Positions 11,325-25,310 of a DNA stretch of 64,000 bases are shown here, piece by piece. A program made the position numbers and the translations under genes. Below the pieces are notes generated by a model. It saw nothing but the letters and a program-made list of their open reading frames with translations, ran no database searches and was not told the DNA's origin. Every line of letters begins with the position of its first letter. The first letter of the stretch is position 1. Source of the DNA: Halocafeteria seosinensis (taxonomy: Eukaryota); contig LVLI01000229.1 of NCBI GenBank assembly GCA_001687465.1, forward strand, positions 186,001 through 250,000, read 5' to 3'.

Positions 11325-14300
11325 TCACTGCTCTTCTTTTTCTGGAAAGAAAGATTGCGAACCCACGTTTGAGGGAGAGTCTCGAGCTGAAGGCGAAGTA
11401 GGAGACTCGGTGCCTCTGGAAGATGCGCTACGTTTCCTGTTGCTTCGGAAAGAACTTGATCTTCTGAGGTTTTTCAACGAATTATTTTGGTTCTTGAATG
11501 CTAAAGATCGCTCTGTCGTTTCATCCTTCTTCGGGGCTGCTTTCTGATCGGTTACAACAGAGGGCGTGTAAGCACGTTTGAAGAATTGCCTCTGGCTGTT
11601 GGAGATCATGTGCTGACGAAAATCATTCTTCTTCTCTTGAATATTTTCTTCGCGGGCTGTATGAAGTGTTTCAATTTTACGCAAACGTCGGATCTCAGCT
11701 AAAGCCTCCTCCAACTGTGCTTTGTACTCGCGACCCTCTTCCACCACTCCGGCTGAAGTGCTTCGGCCCTTATTTCTATTGGGCTGTGGCATTGCAAGAG
11801 GGTTGACTTGTGTATCATAGCTATCATCCACAGATAAAGAAGTTGTAGATGATCCACATCGCAACAGCTTTTCAGATCTGGTGGAGCCAATATCTTCAAT
11901 TTTCCGGGCCTTCACTTTCTTCCCGCACGAGAACCACGCAGTAATCATCAGCGCTGTGTAAGGACGGAACGTACTCAGAAGTTCAAACGCGAGTACCAAG
12001 ACGAAGTATACGCAGCTCAGCGTTATCAATACTACGGTGAGTATACCTAACGTCTCGAATTCGGCCTCATGCCGCTCCCTACGCTCCCCTTGGAATCTTC
12101 CTGATAAGAACATAATACCTGATAGATTCACCAGTAGGGCGCTTCCAAGTAAAACTGATTCAACCACATTGTAGTCAGCAAGGGCCCGCACAATTGGCTC
12201 CGACACCGGGATACCGTCCCTAGCTTCTTCAAGAAGTTTGTGTTGAGCATTCATCGTGTTCGCCTTTTTACTAGCCCTTTCTTTCGACGCGCAGGCATCA
12301 AGCACTGACTGTATCTTCATATGCATTTCATCGCCTTCATGAACCTTTCGTTGGTGCTCCTCCAGCACTTCCTGATATTGACGTTTGCTCATATAGGGGA
12401 TATGCCGAATGTGCATCGCGAACGAAGCAAACACCACCAAGAGTGACATGCCCAGTTGATACGTTGGAGACGTCCTGAACATCAATGCTGTAAACGCAAT
12501 CAACAGTTTTCTCATGAGAATCAGCGTGATCCAGTACCATTTTCCAGGCTTGAATAAGTAATAGAGACGTTGGTACCTTCGGCGGAACACATAGTGTGGA
12601 TTGGTAATTGGGCTCTTCCCCTTGCCATGTGCTCGGAGGATCTGGTCGTGCTTCGCTTTCTCTTTATTCCGACGAAGGAAGACGAAGGAACCGATAGGAA
12701 ATGACAGGACGTACAAGAATGCTGTTATCAACGCCAACGGCAACAACAGCTTCACGTGAACATCAGACTCTCCGCAAATAATGTTGGTGTTTCCGGCCAT
12801 GTACAAGTTTCCGTCAGGTGGATCAGTTGGGCTACAGTTGAACACGTCCAACGTCATCCGAGCGAGAAAGAGGTACAGAACATACATTATAATAATCATT
12901 GTTGCTATCAACGCGTTCAAGTGGGTATGCCGCTTACTCGCAGGACGTTTTAGTACCCATAACTTGTAGAGGTAGTGTACACAGTACAACAGCCCTAGCA
13001 GTACAGCCGCTGCCAGTGGAACTGCCATGGTGGCCATCCATCGAACCTCGTAAGGTGGCGCCGGCTGGACATAACATTCCGGAGCAGCCAATTCCAGGTT
13101 AAAATTGAAGAACGACAATATCTGTAAAGCACGCTCCATCGAGCTTGGCCATTGTACCCGGGTCCTCGCAAAGATCGCCACCACTTGGAAATAGTCTAAA
13201 CCAATTGTAAACGCTGCAAGCTGAATCTGTTTAGCATTGATTAAGTAGCCACCAACTGTAGCACCTATTGCCGCCACTGCAAACATAACGCCGAGCAACC
13301 AAGCATGTTTTGGACAGGGCTGACATTCACCATTGATCCGAAAATGAGTTCCATCGGAACACATGCTGCAGCGCGTGGAAGTGTAGCCGTCGGCACACGT
13401 ATTGTTGCCAGTGCACGCAAACTTTGGCTCGCAGGCCAGGAAAACAGGACATTCATCGCGCCCTTGACGCTTTTTGTGGCATCTACCCGAGGGGGTTGTA
13501 TCATTCACTCTCCAGAATCCTTCTTCCGAGTACACCAGGTCGAACTTACGCTCACCGCCGGGACATACTGCTCCGACCTCCTCATCCGGACAATACAAGC
13601 AAGACTCGCCTTCCAGCCCATACCAACTGGGCTCGCATCGACTCACAATGAACTCGCGCCACTCGGGGAAGTTTACCTGTCGTTCTGCAACCGTAAGGTT
13701 GATACTTTTGGGGCCCACTTTATCACGTTGCATGCGACACTCAATTAGCGAATCACTTTCTACGAAGGCGTTTTTACACGGAATACCACTCAAGAGTACA
13801 GAGACCGACTTCGTTGCCGGTCCAAAGTTTTGACCCTCGATAATGATCGGTTCGCCTTCCGCATCAGGGGTATTTGGTTTAACAGCTATTATTCGAGGCG
13901 GATCGTATGACATTGTGGCAGTCTTCACTGAATCCACGTTTCCAACCACCACCTTCGTGGTTAGTTGAGTACCAATTCCTGCAGGCAAGCTACAATATAC
14001 TTGATCATGTTTCATAGCACTGACTAACGCTTCCGAGATGATGCACTCGGCATTTCCAACAAGTACCTCAACAACTCCTGCGGACGGTCCGAAGTTCTTA
14101 CCCAGAATACGAAGTGGAACATTACCCGAGGCAGGGAAACAATTTGGGTACTCGGTCATGCAGTTTTCTTGGCCGTTTACAGCTGTAATACATCTTTCAA
14201 AAGGAAGACAAGTTCGGCTTGTTTGATAGTCATCGTTGGCCCGGTCAACTTGGTAAACTTCAGGAGGATCATATACAAATGTTAGCGGTGCCAACAATCC

Positions 14301-17300
14301 CGCACTTGGGCTGCTCCAACCATCAACAAGAATGCTCACTTGGTTTTCTCCATACCCTTGAGGGAGCTCGAAGGTGACCATAGTATGGTTAAAGGATGCT
14401 CCGGCAACCTCCTCATCGTCAAAAATTACTTTGCCGCTAACTCCAAAATTTTCACCTGTGACGACCACAACAATGGGAGTATCGGAGTCATCCAGACCCG
14501 AGGTGGGATTCTCGCCTGTGAGGGTAAAGATGCTATCCATGTTTGCCGGTTTGTACGAGAGGAGTGTGTTGTCCGATACAGTCTGTCCGTCGACGGTGAC
14601 GACTACGTCAATTTGATCCCCTTGTCCATTGGGCGGAATACATTCGATTTCGTGGTGATCCGAGCGAACTACTGTGCATGTTTCTCCGCCAACAAGTACT
14701 GATATGTCTGGTGTATTAACAGAATGTGGGATATCTGGCCCCGTTGCTGGTCCGAAGTTACCCCCGCGAATGAATATTCTGTCTTCATCAGGGTCAATCA
14801 GTGTAGGAATAGATTGCGGTTCTATATCACTCAAAACGGGCTTATCGAAACTTATTGTGAAGCTGTCTTGGTTACTAGTCTGCCATGTGTAGAAGGTGGC
14901 CGGAAGGTCGGTACCCGAACCCTCTGGCAGGATGACACGTAACATTCCATGACCGTGGTATGTGATGTTGACAGTGCCTAAACCGAATACGTCCAAGTTC
15001 GTATCCTCCTCTAGGGTGCTTGATCCCAAATTGAGCCCTTGAATAAGTAGTTCACCACCCTCGGTGGGAATCTTCTCAGCAGACACCTGAATTTGTCGGC
15101 CCGCTAAGACAGCGGCACATTCCCTCCCCTGTCTGACATACACGACTCGTTCCAGGTTATCAGGTGCTAGCTGGACTAAGCAAACTGTAGGAGATGCATA
15201 ATCAATTGTGAACTCATTGTCTGGGGAGGAGACTTCGTTCACCTCTATGTTAACTGAAAGCTCTTTCCCAACATTCTCGGGAGTGAGACACGTGATGTTT
15301 GCGCGCCACACACCGTCATCTCCCTGAACTGGATTGAGCGGTGCCTTAACTACGCAGTCTCTCCCGCCGATATCAATCTTGATATCCGCAATATCTGTCT
15401 GAGGGTCGATTCCTTGAATGTCGAACAAAGTAAGTTCCTCATTCCCACTGGTGTTAAAATCGGGCCAAGTGACGTAAGCCTCCTGACCAGCAATCCTCGG
15501 TGCAACTTTTCCAAACTCCTGTATTTCTGTGGCTTGGGGCTGATCCAAAACTTTGAGTTGGAGGCTATACGACTGTTTAAGTTGATTGGGAATCGTCATG
15601 CGTATCTGATTATGACCGTAGTTTTCCGGCGCGACGTCCACTACCTCCCCGTCTACATAAATTGATGCGCAGCAAACGCTACTGCCACAGGATTGCCCTC
15701 CGCAAAAGTTCTCTCCATCAATAACTACTTCAAACTCCCCTCCCATGGGCACCCTGGGAGCGATGTTCGAGATTTTAGGACTGCTATACTCGAACCAAAC
15801 AGGACGAGATATTTTGTCTCCCAACTTTACCATAACTGCTCGACTAGCGCCAAATCCTTCGGGAAGGATGAAACTGATCTCCTGCAGCTCTGACCCGGAG
15901 TCAACCCACTGAATATCCGCAGATGCAATCTGTGTTTCGTGAATGCTCTCCAACCATTCCTTTAGAGCATCCCCATTAATTCCTTGCTCACTAGCCATGG
16001 AAGCGTACTCGGTTGGGTAAGCGTGCTGGATGAGGAAGAAAGCGTCGAGAGTATTCCCGATTTCGTCAGTGAAAGAGTTCTCTTCAACTAAACGAGCGAG
16101 TTTGCCCTCATTGTCCATAAGAATAGATATGTCAAATTGCTTTAATAGATTCACTCCGAAGTTGTACCCTCGTACGAAGATCCGTGGCATACTCCCATGT
16201 ATTGTCTCGAAGCCTGTGGGACCGCTCTCGGGTGTCATTGATTCAATGGTCGGAGGAGCGTAGTTCGTGCTCGCTGTACTCCGCTCACTTCGCTGCCCGG
16301 CAACACCGACAATCCATCTATGGTTACTACCAGACCCTTTGTCTACGCGGCATCGTATCCGCGTATGATTTAAAACACGGCAAGAACTGGCAACGTGCTC
16401 GGAACCCCGATGTCCGAATGACACTTTGTCCAATAGATCCCCATGAACGCTGGGAATACCAAAGTTTTCCCCAATGATGTCAATTTCGTCTCCACCGAGG
16501 GTATTGAGGGCATTTGGGTCGGATCCATCAACTCCTTCAAAACCTGTCACCATTGGAGGAGAATAGCCAGTGGTAGAAATCTCCGAGCTTTGTTGACCTA
16601 CAGTTACTGTCCAGAAATGGTCGGCACCGGCTCCGGGGGCAGTTAGGCAACGCAAATTAGCATCGTCGATCGATACGCAAGTTCGGACTACGAATGTTTC
16701 ATTTCCTTCGCCATACGATACCCGGTCCGGTATGGTCCCGGGTGGGCCAAAGTAGCTTCCGCCAACGATAACTTCCTCATCACCGCGCGTGTCGAAGTCG
16801 TGAGTTCTTTGTCCTATAGGCTCGAAGCGTCCTCGTCGATAGGTAGCAATGATGGGTGGGTGATAATTGCTAACATTTTCCAATGTTCCGGAAGTTTGGT
16901 TGCTAACAACGACTTTCCACTGGTGGTCCTTTCCAACTCCTTCAACCGTAGTACATTCCATCAGGGTGTGCGCGACGTCGAGGTCACAGTCTGTCGCCTC
17001 ATATTCCAAGTTTCTTCCATAGAAGACACGTATCGGCAGCGCGTAATGCCACCGAGGCCCAAAGTTGATTCCCCTCAGCAGCACAATTTCGTTGCCTTTA
17101 GTATCAAGGTTAGTTGGTACACTGCCCAGGATATCCGTTACGGCAGCCAGTACAGGAGGATCATATGAAAGAGCGTACTTCGCGTCACTGCTTTCCGACT
17201 CCAACCCAGATACTTCTATTCTCCAAACATACCCCGTCCCCACTCCCGCAGGAATGTCGCACAAGGCCACGGTATGGTTGTGGGAGTCTGCTGCACATGT

Positions 17301-20300
17301 GCTGAACAGACTATACTGATCATTCTCCATGTAGGCCCGGATAGGATGCCCCTTGGGTCCAAAGTTCGTTCCAACTAGCAGAACTGCTTCAGCTACTCCT
17401 TCGGTAGAAACAACATCGACTAACTTCACCACGCCCTCTATATTGGGGAGGGCATATGACGGAAGATCACTAGGCTCAAACCATGCAGTCTCCTGTGCCC
17501 AATCAGCGCTTTCGTCTCCCAAGATTACCTTAAAACGGATTCCTTCTCCAGTCCCTTCAACCGTTTTACAGGTTACTTGACCGTCTGATACAACTTCGCA
17601 TAAAACTGCACTGTGCGTGTCTCCTTCGTCATTATTATATAGTACAGAAACTGGTGTAGGGACTTGGCCACCGGTACCACCGTGGATTGTCGTTGTGCCA
17701 AGCCCCTCGCAGGCTAGACTGAATGCCTGACCACCCTGGGTAGAAGCCATACCCGGCCACGAGTGAACATCAACGATTTTCGGTGCTATATAGGAGGATG
17801 TCAGCTCCGGTGCTGTGTAAGTATCTTCGTCGACCTGAAGCGTCCAAAGAAGATTTCGTCCAATCCCAGCGGGCACCGTGCATCTTATCCCAGTATTATT
17901 CCAGACATGGTTCTCTTCGCTATACTCGCGATTGCACGAGGCATTTGTACGGATTTTCCCGTCGCTACTCCGCATTGAAGCTGACACTCTAGCCTCCCTC
18001 CAAACCGGACCTAGGTCAATTCCCACAAACTCAGCTGTATCGCCACCAAGTGTAGAGTGCAGGTCAACGTTGAATTCGTTGACCACCAAATCGTTCACAT
18101 TCTTCACATAGATTGTAACATTGGCATCAGAAGTCAGTTCGTCCTCATCTTCGATTTGGACGACGGCGCGGTGCAATCTAGTTTCCTCATAATTAACGCT
18201 CATACCCGGTGCAAGTCGCAGCTCCTTACCGGAAAACGTTAGCAGATCCGGGACGTCACTCCATAGCACTCGGTATGTATAGCTTACTTCTCCGTCTACA
18301 GGCGTGCGGTGAGTGAACGAAAGATCGGACAAAATTGCCTCCGAGTCGCGAATATCCTCCTGGATCGTAACCTCATACACTTCAAAGTCAAAAACTGGAG
18401 CACTATGCACAAATTCCACGAAGAGCTCGTATTCGAATTCATCTCTCAGTGAACCCTCATCTGTCACTGTAACTTTCACCACGTAATGCTTCTTTATATT
18501 GTAGTCCAAATCTACAACCAGGGTTAAATTGCAACGGGCCATGTGACCATTTTGGGAAAATACCAATGGTGCGACGCCCACCGGAGCGACGGTATCTGTG
18601 TCGTCAACCAATGAGACACTGAATTCCAGGTTACCGCTGCTTGACTCATCCGGATCGAATGCTTCAATCTCCGCGAGTATTACTCCTGTCTGGGAGTCCT
18701 CTGGTAGCCGTATCACAGGATCTAGAGGTACGTTACGGAATTCAGGTGACTGCTGGACATTTGCGACAGTAATGTTGAGTCTTCCAGGTTCACTTTCTCT
18801 GTTCGTCTCGTCAATACAAACAACTTCTAGGATTCCTTCTCTATGCTGCATGCTGAAATAGTCAAGTTCCGACGGAACTGCCGCTTCTACTTCTCCAGTG
18901 GAGGGATTAACTCTAAAAAGACTAGAGAACTCGAGAGGAGAGCCGCCACGACTGCTATATCGCACGGTACCACCATTGGGATCATTGCACTCCAGCTTAA
19001 AACCCGGAATTGGGCCTTTGTGGTGTTCTTCTATGCGAACGGGGTATGGTCTGCTCCCTGTCTCCGTGAAGTAGTCTGCAAAATCATTGATCCACCTTGG
19101 ATCAGCTTGAGCCTCTATAACACGTATGGAAAATGTGGCTTCCGTCGTTAAATTTGTCGAGTCCTTAACTTCTACAGTGATGTGTAAAATTTCACCAACT
19201 TGGATCCCAAAATCAACGCCCCCATTGTCTCCGTCCGAGCTATTGACTGGTCCTGCTCCCGCTGAGTCAACCAAAGGAAGAATAGTCCCATCGTCTCTGA
19301 TTGAGAGGAACGAGGGTCCATCCACGAGATGATATGAAACTGTGTCGTGAACGTCGGGATCTTCCCCTTTCACTGTTCCCAACTCTTCGTCCTGGCGGAC
19401 TACATCCATAGTGAAGTTCTGTACGGGTGGATAAAAGAGCGGGGGCTCGTCCACGTCTAAGATCGTAACTTTTAGCGAGGTAGTAGATGACACATCGTTT
19501 ACAGTATCTTCTACCTTGATGCTCAAGAGATAAAAGGGTTCAGGGTAGAGATCCTCGTAGTCAAGAGAATACCCCACCGCAACTAAAATTTCTCCATTGT
19601 TGCGGTCTACCGCAAATATATCTGAATGAGACAATTGCGTAAACCGAAATTCAGACGGCGCCGACGAATACGGTTTAGAAGTTCCCGCGAAGACATCGGG
19701 GTCATCAACATCAATGATGGCAAACGCTCCATCTCCGTTTGTTGTCAGCTCATTCACGAAAACTTCTTCGGTAGTAACTGCGGGAGGTTCGGGGATATCA
19801 ACAACAAAAATGGTAAAGGTTGCTTCAGTGGCCTGATCCGGAGAGGCTGCATCTACCGCACGCACGACAACAACGTATTTGTTGTGGTCTTCATAGTCTA
19901 ATCCGTTGGCACTAATTGTTAGTTCCCCAGACGTTTGCCCCAACGTAAACAAATTGTTATTGGAAGAACCATCGATCTCAACGACTTCAAAGAGCAATAG
20001 GTTATTCTCAATGTCACAGAAGTAAGGAAAGAAATTGATGTGGGCGTTCGGATCTAACTCGTCCAGGGTCAAATCCTCTGCAGGTTGAAGGTACCGAGGC
20101 GCCTGGTTTTGTTTCACTATATTTAAAGTGATTTCTGTCTCTTTGGAAACTGTCGGACCTGGTTTGTCGTCCACGTTGTTAGTTACCTCAGCTTTTACCC
20201 GCAGAGTGACCATCTCATCGTAAGTGTCACAGCTGCTGCAATCAGAGGATGCGCACTGAATTGAGATAAAACCAGTTTCGCCGGTCACTGATATTTTTCC

Positions 20301-23167
20301 GTCACTTGCGAGGGCGATCCTTTCTTCTGCCATACCTCGATTATTCACAGCGCTCACTAGCGTGAATGTAAATTCATCCCCATGCTCGTCAATTGCTTCA
20401 ATATTTCCCACGTCCCCGACCTCGCGCTCGTTAACATCAAACGCCAAAGTTGAAACTTGAGGCGCCTTACGAAGTGCCTGGACATAAACTTGTAGCGCGG
20501 TGTCGATATGTCCCGAGAGTCTATCCGCGTACCGAATTGGAAGAAAACCAGGCAAGGTGCCTGGATTACTGTAATCAAGATACCTGGGATCATTGACCTT
20601 AACGATTCCATCTTCTGAAACAGAGAACACTTCACAGGCAGTGTCGAGCCCGCAACCCCGTTTTGACGAGAAAATTTGGTCTCCGTCAGGATCCGTTACA
20701 AAGTCTTGGTGAAGGATTGTTTGTCGAACATTCCGGTTTTTGTCATCTTTTGTCGCAACAATAGTCCCCTTTTCTGTTCCTTCCACGACATAGAGGATAG
20801 GAAGTGTGTCCTTAACCCTTGGAGGACGATTCCTTTCCTTGACAGTAATGTGTATTTCCTGAATTAATGTTCCTACATCCTCAATTCTGCGGTCGCTGAC
20901 CAACACAGTGAGACTCATGGTGGATGGACCATCCTGCAGCTCCAAGGGGTCCGCTACTCGCAGCTGGCCAGAGCAACTATCTAGGTAGAACGGATGTCCG
21001 GCCTCACCAAGGGACCTACGGAACCTAGCGCTAGAATCAGTAAACGTAAAAGTCAGTTCATCGCCATCAGGATCTTCAAATATGTCACTGAGTGCATTCC
21101 CAACGGACTCATTGAAAGGTTGACCACGTCTAGCAGTGATTTCCAATGGCCCCGATTTTCCGTCAGTGCGTTTCGGGGCGGAATTGACAAATTCAACACC
21201 TACTGCCACGGAACATTCCTTTTCCAAGCGGATATTGTTATCTTCTTGAAGTACCCCTTTGAGCTGCACTTTGTACTTGTCACAGGTGGCAAACTGCAAA
21301 GTCTCTCCAGCACCTATCTGCAGCTGACCCTTCGTCTGAGTAATTGGACTGTTGGAGCTGTCCCCGTTAGGATAGTAAACTGAATTTTCGTCAACGGATG
21401 ATCTTATCCGAAATGGCGCATTCCCTGTAACGTCAGCTGTGCACAAAGTCCCATCCTTCCGTCGGCCATCCTCGAAAACAGAGGTTATCTCATACGTCAA
21501 ACTCTGATAAAGGGTTCTTACTTCCAAGTGCAGCATACTGCCAATGTCAAGGTCATTCTCTTTCGCTTCAGAAACTTCGGGGGCAAAGATATCTCTTGGA
21601 TTGTTGGAGCAATGCAAATCTTTCCATTTCAGTTTCACTGTCCGCAATCCCTCATGGCAGACGTAGTCGACAGAGCATTCCTGACATCCAGTTCGACGCG
21701 ATTTATCAGGTCCCTCCGGGGTTGTGTAGTGTCCTGCACCACAATGGTTTTGAAAGCCTTCAACGCAGTATTTGCGAGGATCGCCGTTAGAACAAGCAAG
21801 CTGTCTTGGTGAAGTGCTTCCTGGAGGGCAACGGAAACCATCGTCGCACTTTCCATTACATTCACTCGACGTCTGACCCTTGTCTTTTCCATATATGCCT
21901 TCACGGCATTTAAATCGTTCACCATTGTCACAATAATATCCAGCATCACAAATCTTTTGACTTGACCGATGCTTTTCATGCGCACTTAAGGGAGTGCTAT
22001 AATACCGCTGGCCAACTGATAGAGGGCCGTCACTTCCAGCAGGACAGTATTTTGTTTTGCTCCCACATGGTCGTTCATTTCCTTTAGCGGTGCCCGTAGG
22101 ACAGTACCAGCCGGCTGGGCACTGACCACTACAACTTCGGGAAGCCTCTCCAGCTTTACCGTAGCGTCCGCCAGGGCATTTTCCGCCATCTGTTCCTGAC
22201 GTGCTTCCGGCATCGTCACAATATCTACCCGCGGGACAGTTACGGCATTGATTTACGCTCCTCAGTGCCGTAGAAGCTCCGTAACGTCCAGCAGGGCATG
22301 CTGCAGTGCTTGTTCGACTTGTTCCATAGCGCCCCCTCGGGGCGGCGTCACAATGAGACTGGCGTGAGCTTGTTTGATAGTACCCCGAGGGGCACCCTGA
22401 GCATGCTGTGTTCCGACTTCCCGTTGAAAAGTATCCCCGCGGACACGATATGCAGCTATTTCTTCCAGAGTTGCTGTAGGTGCCTGGTCCACAATTCCGG
22501 CAGCTGGTTCTGCTGTACCGATACTGGCCAGCAGGACAGGAACGGCAGCTGTTCCACCGAGCTGAGCTAGTTTGTCCGGCTGCAAGATCCGAACCAGTAG
22601 AAATCAGTGTTTCACTTCTACTACCTCAACACTTGCATCACTTACAAGGGCAATTCCGACACCACCGACGACTGGCTTCGTACTTTCCCGCCGGACACGA
22701 ACTACAGCTTCGCGCTCTTGTTCCTGAAATTTGCCCCGCTGGACAGCTTCTACACCCTGACTGGCGGGAAGAAGGCTGATATTGTCCAGCCGGACAATTT
22801 CGGCACCCACGATTGCCTGATCCAGACGCGTATTGTCCACTTGGACAGTTTCGGCAGGAGGTGTAACCAATACTTGGGGCATACTGGCCAGACGGACATA
22901 AGCGGCAACTCCGACTGCTGTGGTACGAGGGTTGGTATCGACCTGTCTGCATTGACGGAGAACAGCAAAGTTTTCCGCGTCGAGCACCAATACTGCTTCA
23001 AATAGCTGACTTACTTGGCAGTGACAGCACTTATGCCAGTAATTGCTCCAATTGCTTTGATATCTTCCTGGGTGGCAATTCCACCTTCTCCAGGAACATC
23101 CCGCAGACACCACATCCAATAGGGTGAGGAAACTCAGAAGCAACAGAATAGACGAGCTTCCCGACAT
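11325..23167 (-). CDS. Giant Cys-rich repeat / cadherin / IPT-TIG / ~9-TM surface protein, copy B (intact, 3902 aa; nonagonal-cadherin-like)
   Basis: Three exons: 23167-23015, 22946-22646 and 22579-11325, totalling 11709 nt (divisible by 3), with GT-AG introns. By eye, exon 3 stays open from 22579 into the 3440-aa ORF. Order of features: signal peptide, CxxCPxG repeats, cadherin repeats, IPT/TIG repeats, juxtamembrane Cys-rich region, about nine hydrophobic helices, Ser/basic cytoplasmic tail. Confidence 0.93.
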
Positions 23168-24694
23168 CGTTCCTGCAATTCGTTTTGGCGCACGGTATAC
23201 CCTGTGGAAAGACGAATCAAGTCGATGGGAATCTTGAAATCAGCTGGCGTAAGTTGTCGGAAATGGACAAAGGATTTCCGCCGAAGAACAAGCAGTATGA
23301 GGGTGCGTCTTCCTTCTTCAGAACATTCAACCTCTCTTTCTAACGTCGGCGCCCTTTCATTCCCATATACGGGCATACACTCTCCCATGAGGAACAACAT
23401 GCTCTTCTTGTAGGGTGAATAGACGTGTATGGAACAATGAGACTTTCCATCCCCTGGCGGAAAACTACCCTTCCAATTCCTTTGTCATGCTACAGAGCTA
23501 ACAACTCTTGATTCAAGCGGACCAGCTCAATGAATCATCTTCATGGATTTAGAACTGGCATATAGATGCGCTTCTTACCTCTTATGGAAGCTTCCAAATG
23601 CTTTAAGGCGCCGAATTCCGACTGCTTCTACGAGCCAGCAACAGCCAGAGATTCTCAACGAGGCTTTTCTAACACAAAGACAGGTTCAAAAGTAAAAGGA
23701 AAAAGAAAAAGGCTTCGTTCTCGTTCTTTCCTTAACGTTAGACGAATTGGGTGTGAACACCGACAAACGTAGACAAATAACTTTGACTGCAATATATGCT
23801 TGTTGAACCGACAGGGCAGAATTCCGTTGACAAAACCTGTATTTCCCTCGTCTCTTTTGTTGTTTCCAAAATGCCTTTGCTCCCCCCAAGACAGAACCCC
23901 TTCATCCTTTTTGTAGTTTCCGAAGGGCTGGATCCGCGCTGCTCGCTAGTCAAGTGCAGTACCTCTCCATCTCGGAGAGGTGGAGAGCCAAACGGTCCTT
24001 CATTGAGCTTATCATGGTGCACAGTAAATACATATAGTAAACCAAATGAATGCTTCTCCCACAATGGTGTGTCTTAGAGTTTGCCAGATGTTGCGACGGA
24101 CGAGCACAAGCTCGCAGCTCGCTATGCGAACTCCGCTGTCCGAGCCTCAAATTCCGACAGGTTCAACATGGGTGTGTCTGTGTAATTTAGCAAGTATAAT
24201 TCAAAATTCAGATGTCGGGAGTTGCCATATACCTAAATATACGTGCATCCCAACAAGTTATAGTGCCATGCATGCCTTCCAACGAGGAAAGTGAATCCGT
24301 CCTCCGCAAGGTGAGTCAGTGGAGTCAACAGCCAATCCGGCGGAGTCAGAGGTATGTATAGGTAAAGGAACATGCTATAGGTATGCATTTTTCCAGTAGC
24401 CATCGTTCATTTTGTCTGGGGAGAGTAAGTTCTGTCCCACACATGGAGGCTCTCCCGATAGTGCATAGCCTTACCAGAGTCATCAACTCCTCGCAAGGGT
24501 GGCGTTGTCGGCAGTGTTGGGCAGTCCACAACTTAGACCACAAATGCTTCAAATATTTGCAGTTTTCAGTAAGTATAGAGAAAACCAACGTCACTATTTA
24601 GTGGGTTCCCATTATAAACTTCCTAAGTTCTTCTTGCAATAGGCACTTAGCTGCTGTGGCAATCGCTGAATAGCCTACCAAAGAGTGATCAGTA

Positions 24695-25310
24695 TGGTTC
24701 CCGAGATTTGCCCAGCTGGGCAATTTCTACATCCTGACTGGCGGTTAGAAGGCTGATATTGTCCTGCGGAGCAATTTCTGCATCAACTATTGCCTGATCC
24801 CGATGCGTATTGTCCGCTTGGACAGTTACGGCAAGACCTGCAGCCAGTACTTGGGAGGTGCATAAGGGGAAGTTTCGCCAGTACAGTAGTAGAGTGTATA
24901 ATTAATGGCCTGCCGGCTGGATATTCAAATGAACCAAGACTACATCCATGCACCGTGAAGACAGACAAGGCTACAGTACCATCTATCCCTATTGGATAAC
25001 AGCTCTCCACAAAAGGGGTGCGTCACAACCATCAAGTTTCGGCAACTCCGACTCCTACTTGTATGATAGCGAGCTAAGCGAGTTTGGTATCGGCCTGACT
25101 GCCGTGAAGTGGATTTACTTACTTGGCAGTGCCAACAGTAAACGTCTCTCGCCCCCTCGCCCCCGTTTGACATATTTTCCAGGATAACAGTCCGACCAAC
25201 TCCATCTCACACACACATATGTGACAGATAGCACTCTGCGGACACGACACCCGATAGAGTGAGGAGGCTCCACGGAAAATAAAGAGTATCATAGATGGCC
25301 TCCAGGTCAT
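24695..25310 (-). pseudogene. Decayed 5' part (exons 1-2) of a third family member, copy C
   Basis: Frameshifted signal peptide (MTWRPSMILFIF / SLLTLSGVVSAEC), RWSWSDCYPGKY, YCWHCQ|GTAAGT, and a shrunken 24-nt intron. Exon-2 homology SCRNCPSGQYASGSGNS*CRNCSAGQYQPSNRQSGCRNCPAGQISGT contains an in-frame stop and an insertion. Confidence 0.85.
25208..25230 (-). mobile_element. 23-nt insertion: 3' tip of a (TG)n-tailed element
   Basis: TATCTGTCACATATGTGTGTGTG splits VVSAEC|RWSWSDC in copy C exon 1. Positions 25208-25232 match 33312-33336 at 24/25. Confidence 0.7.

Noticed and set aside
21645..21647. TTG start for copy B
   Set aside because: The frame stays open upstream to the acceptor at 22580. 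The true start is the ATG at 23167.
165..22600. Numerous short antisense and alternate-frame ORFs overlapping copies A and B
   Set aside because: They are shadows of the long coding frames with no recognisable motifs.
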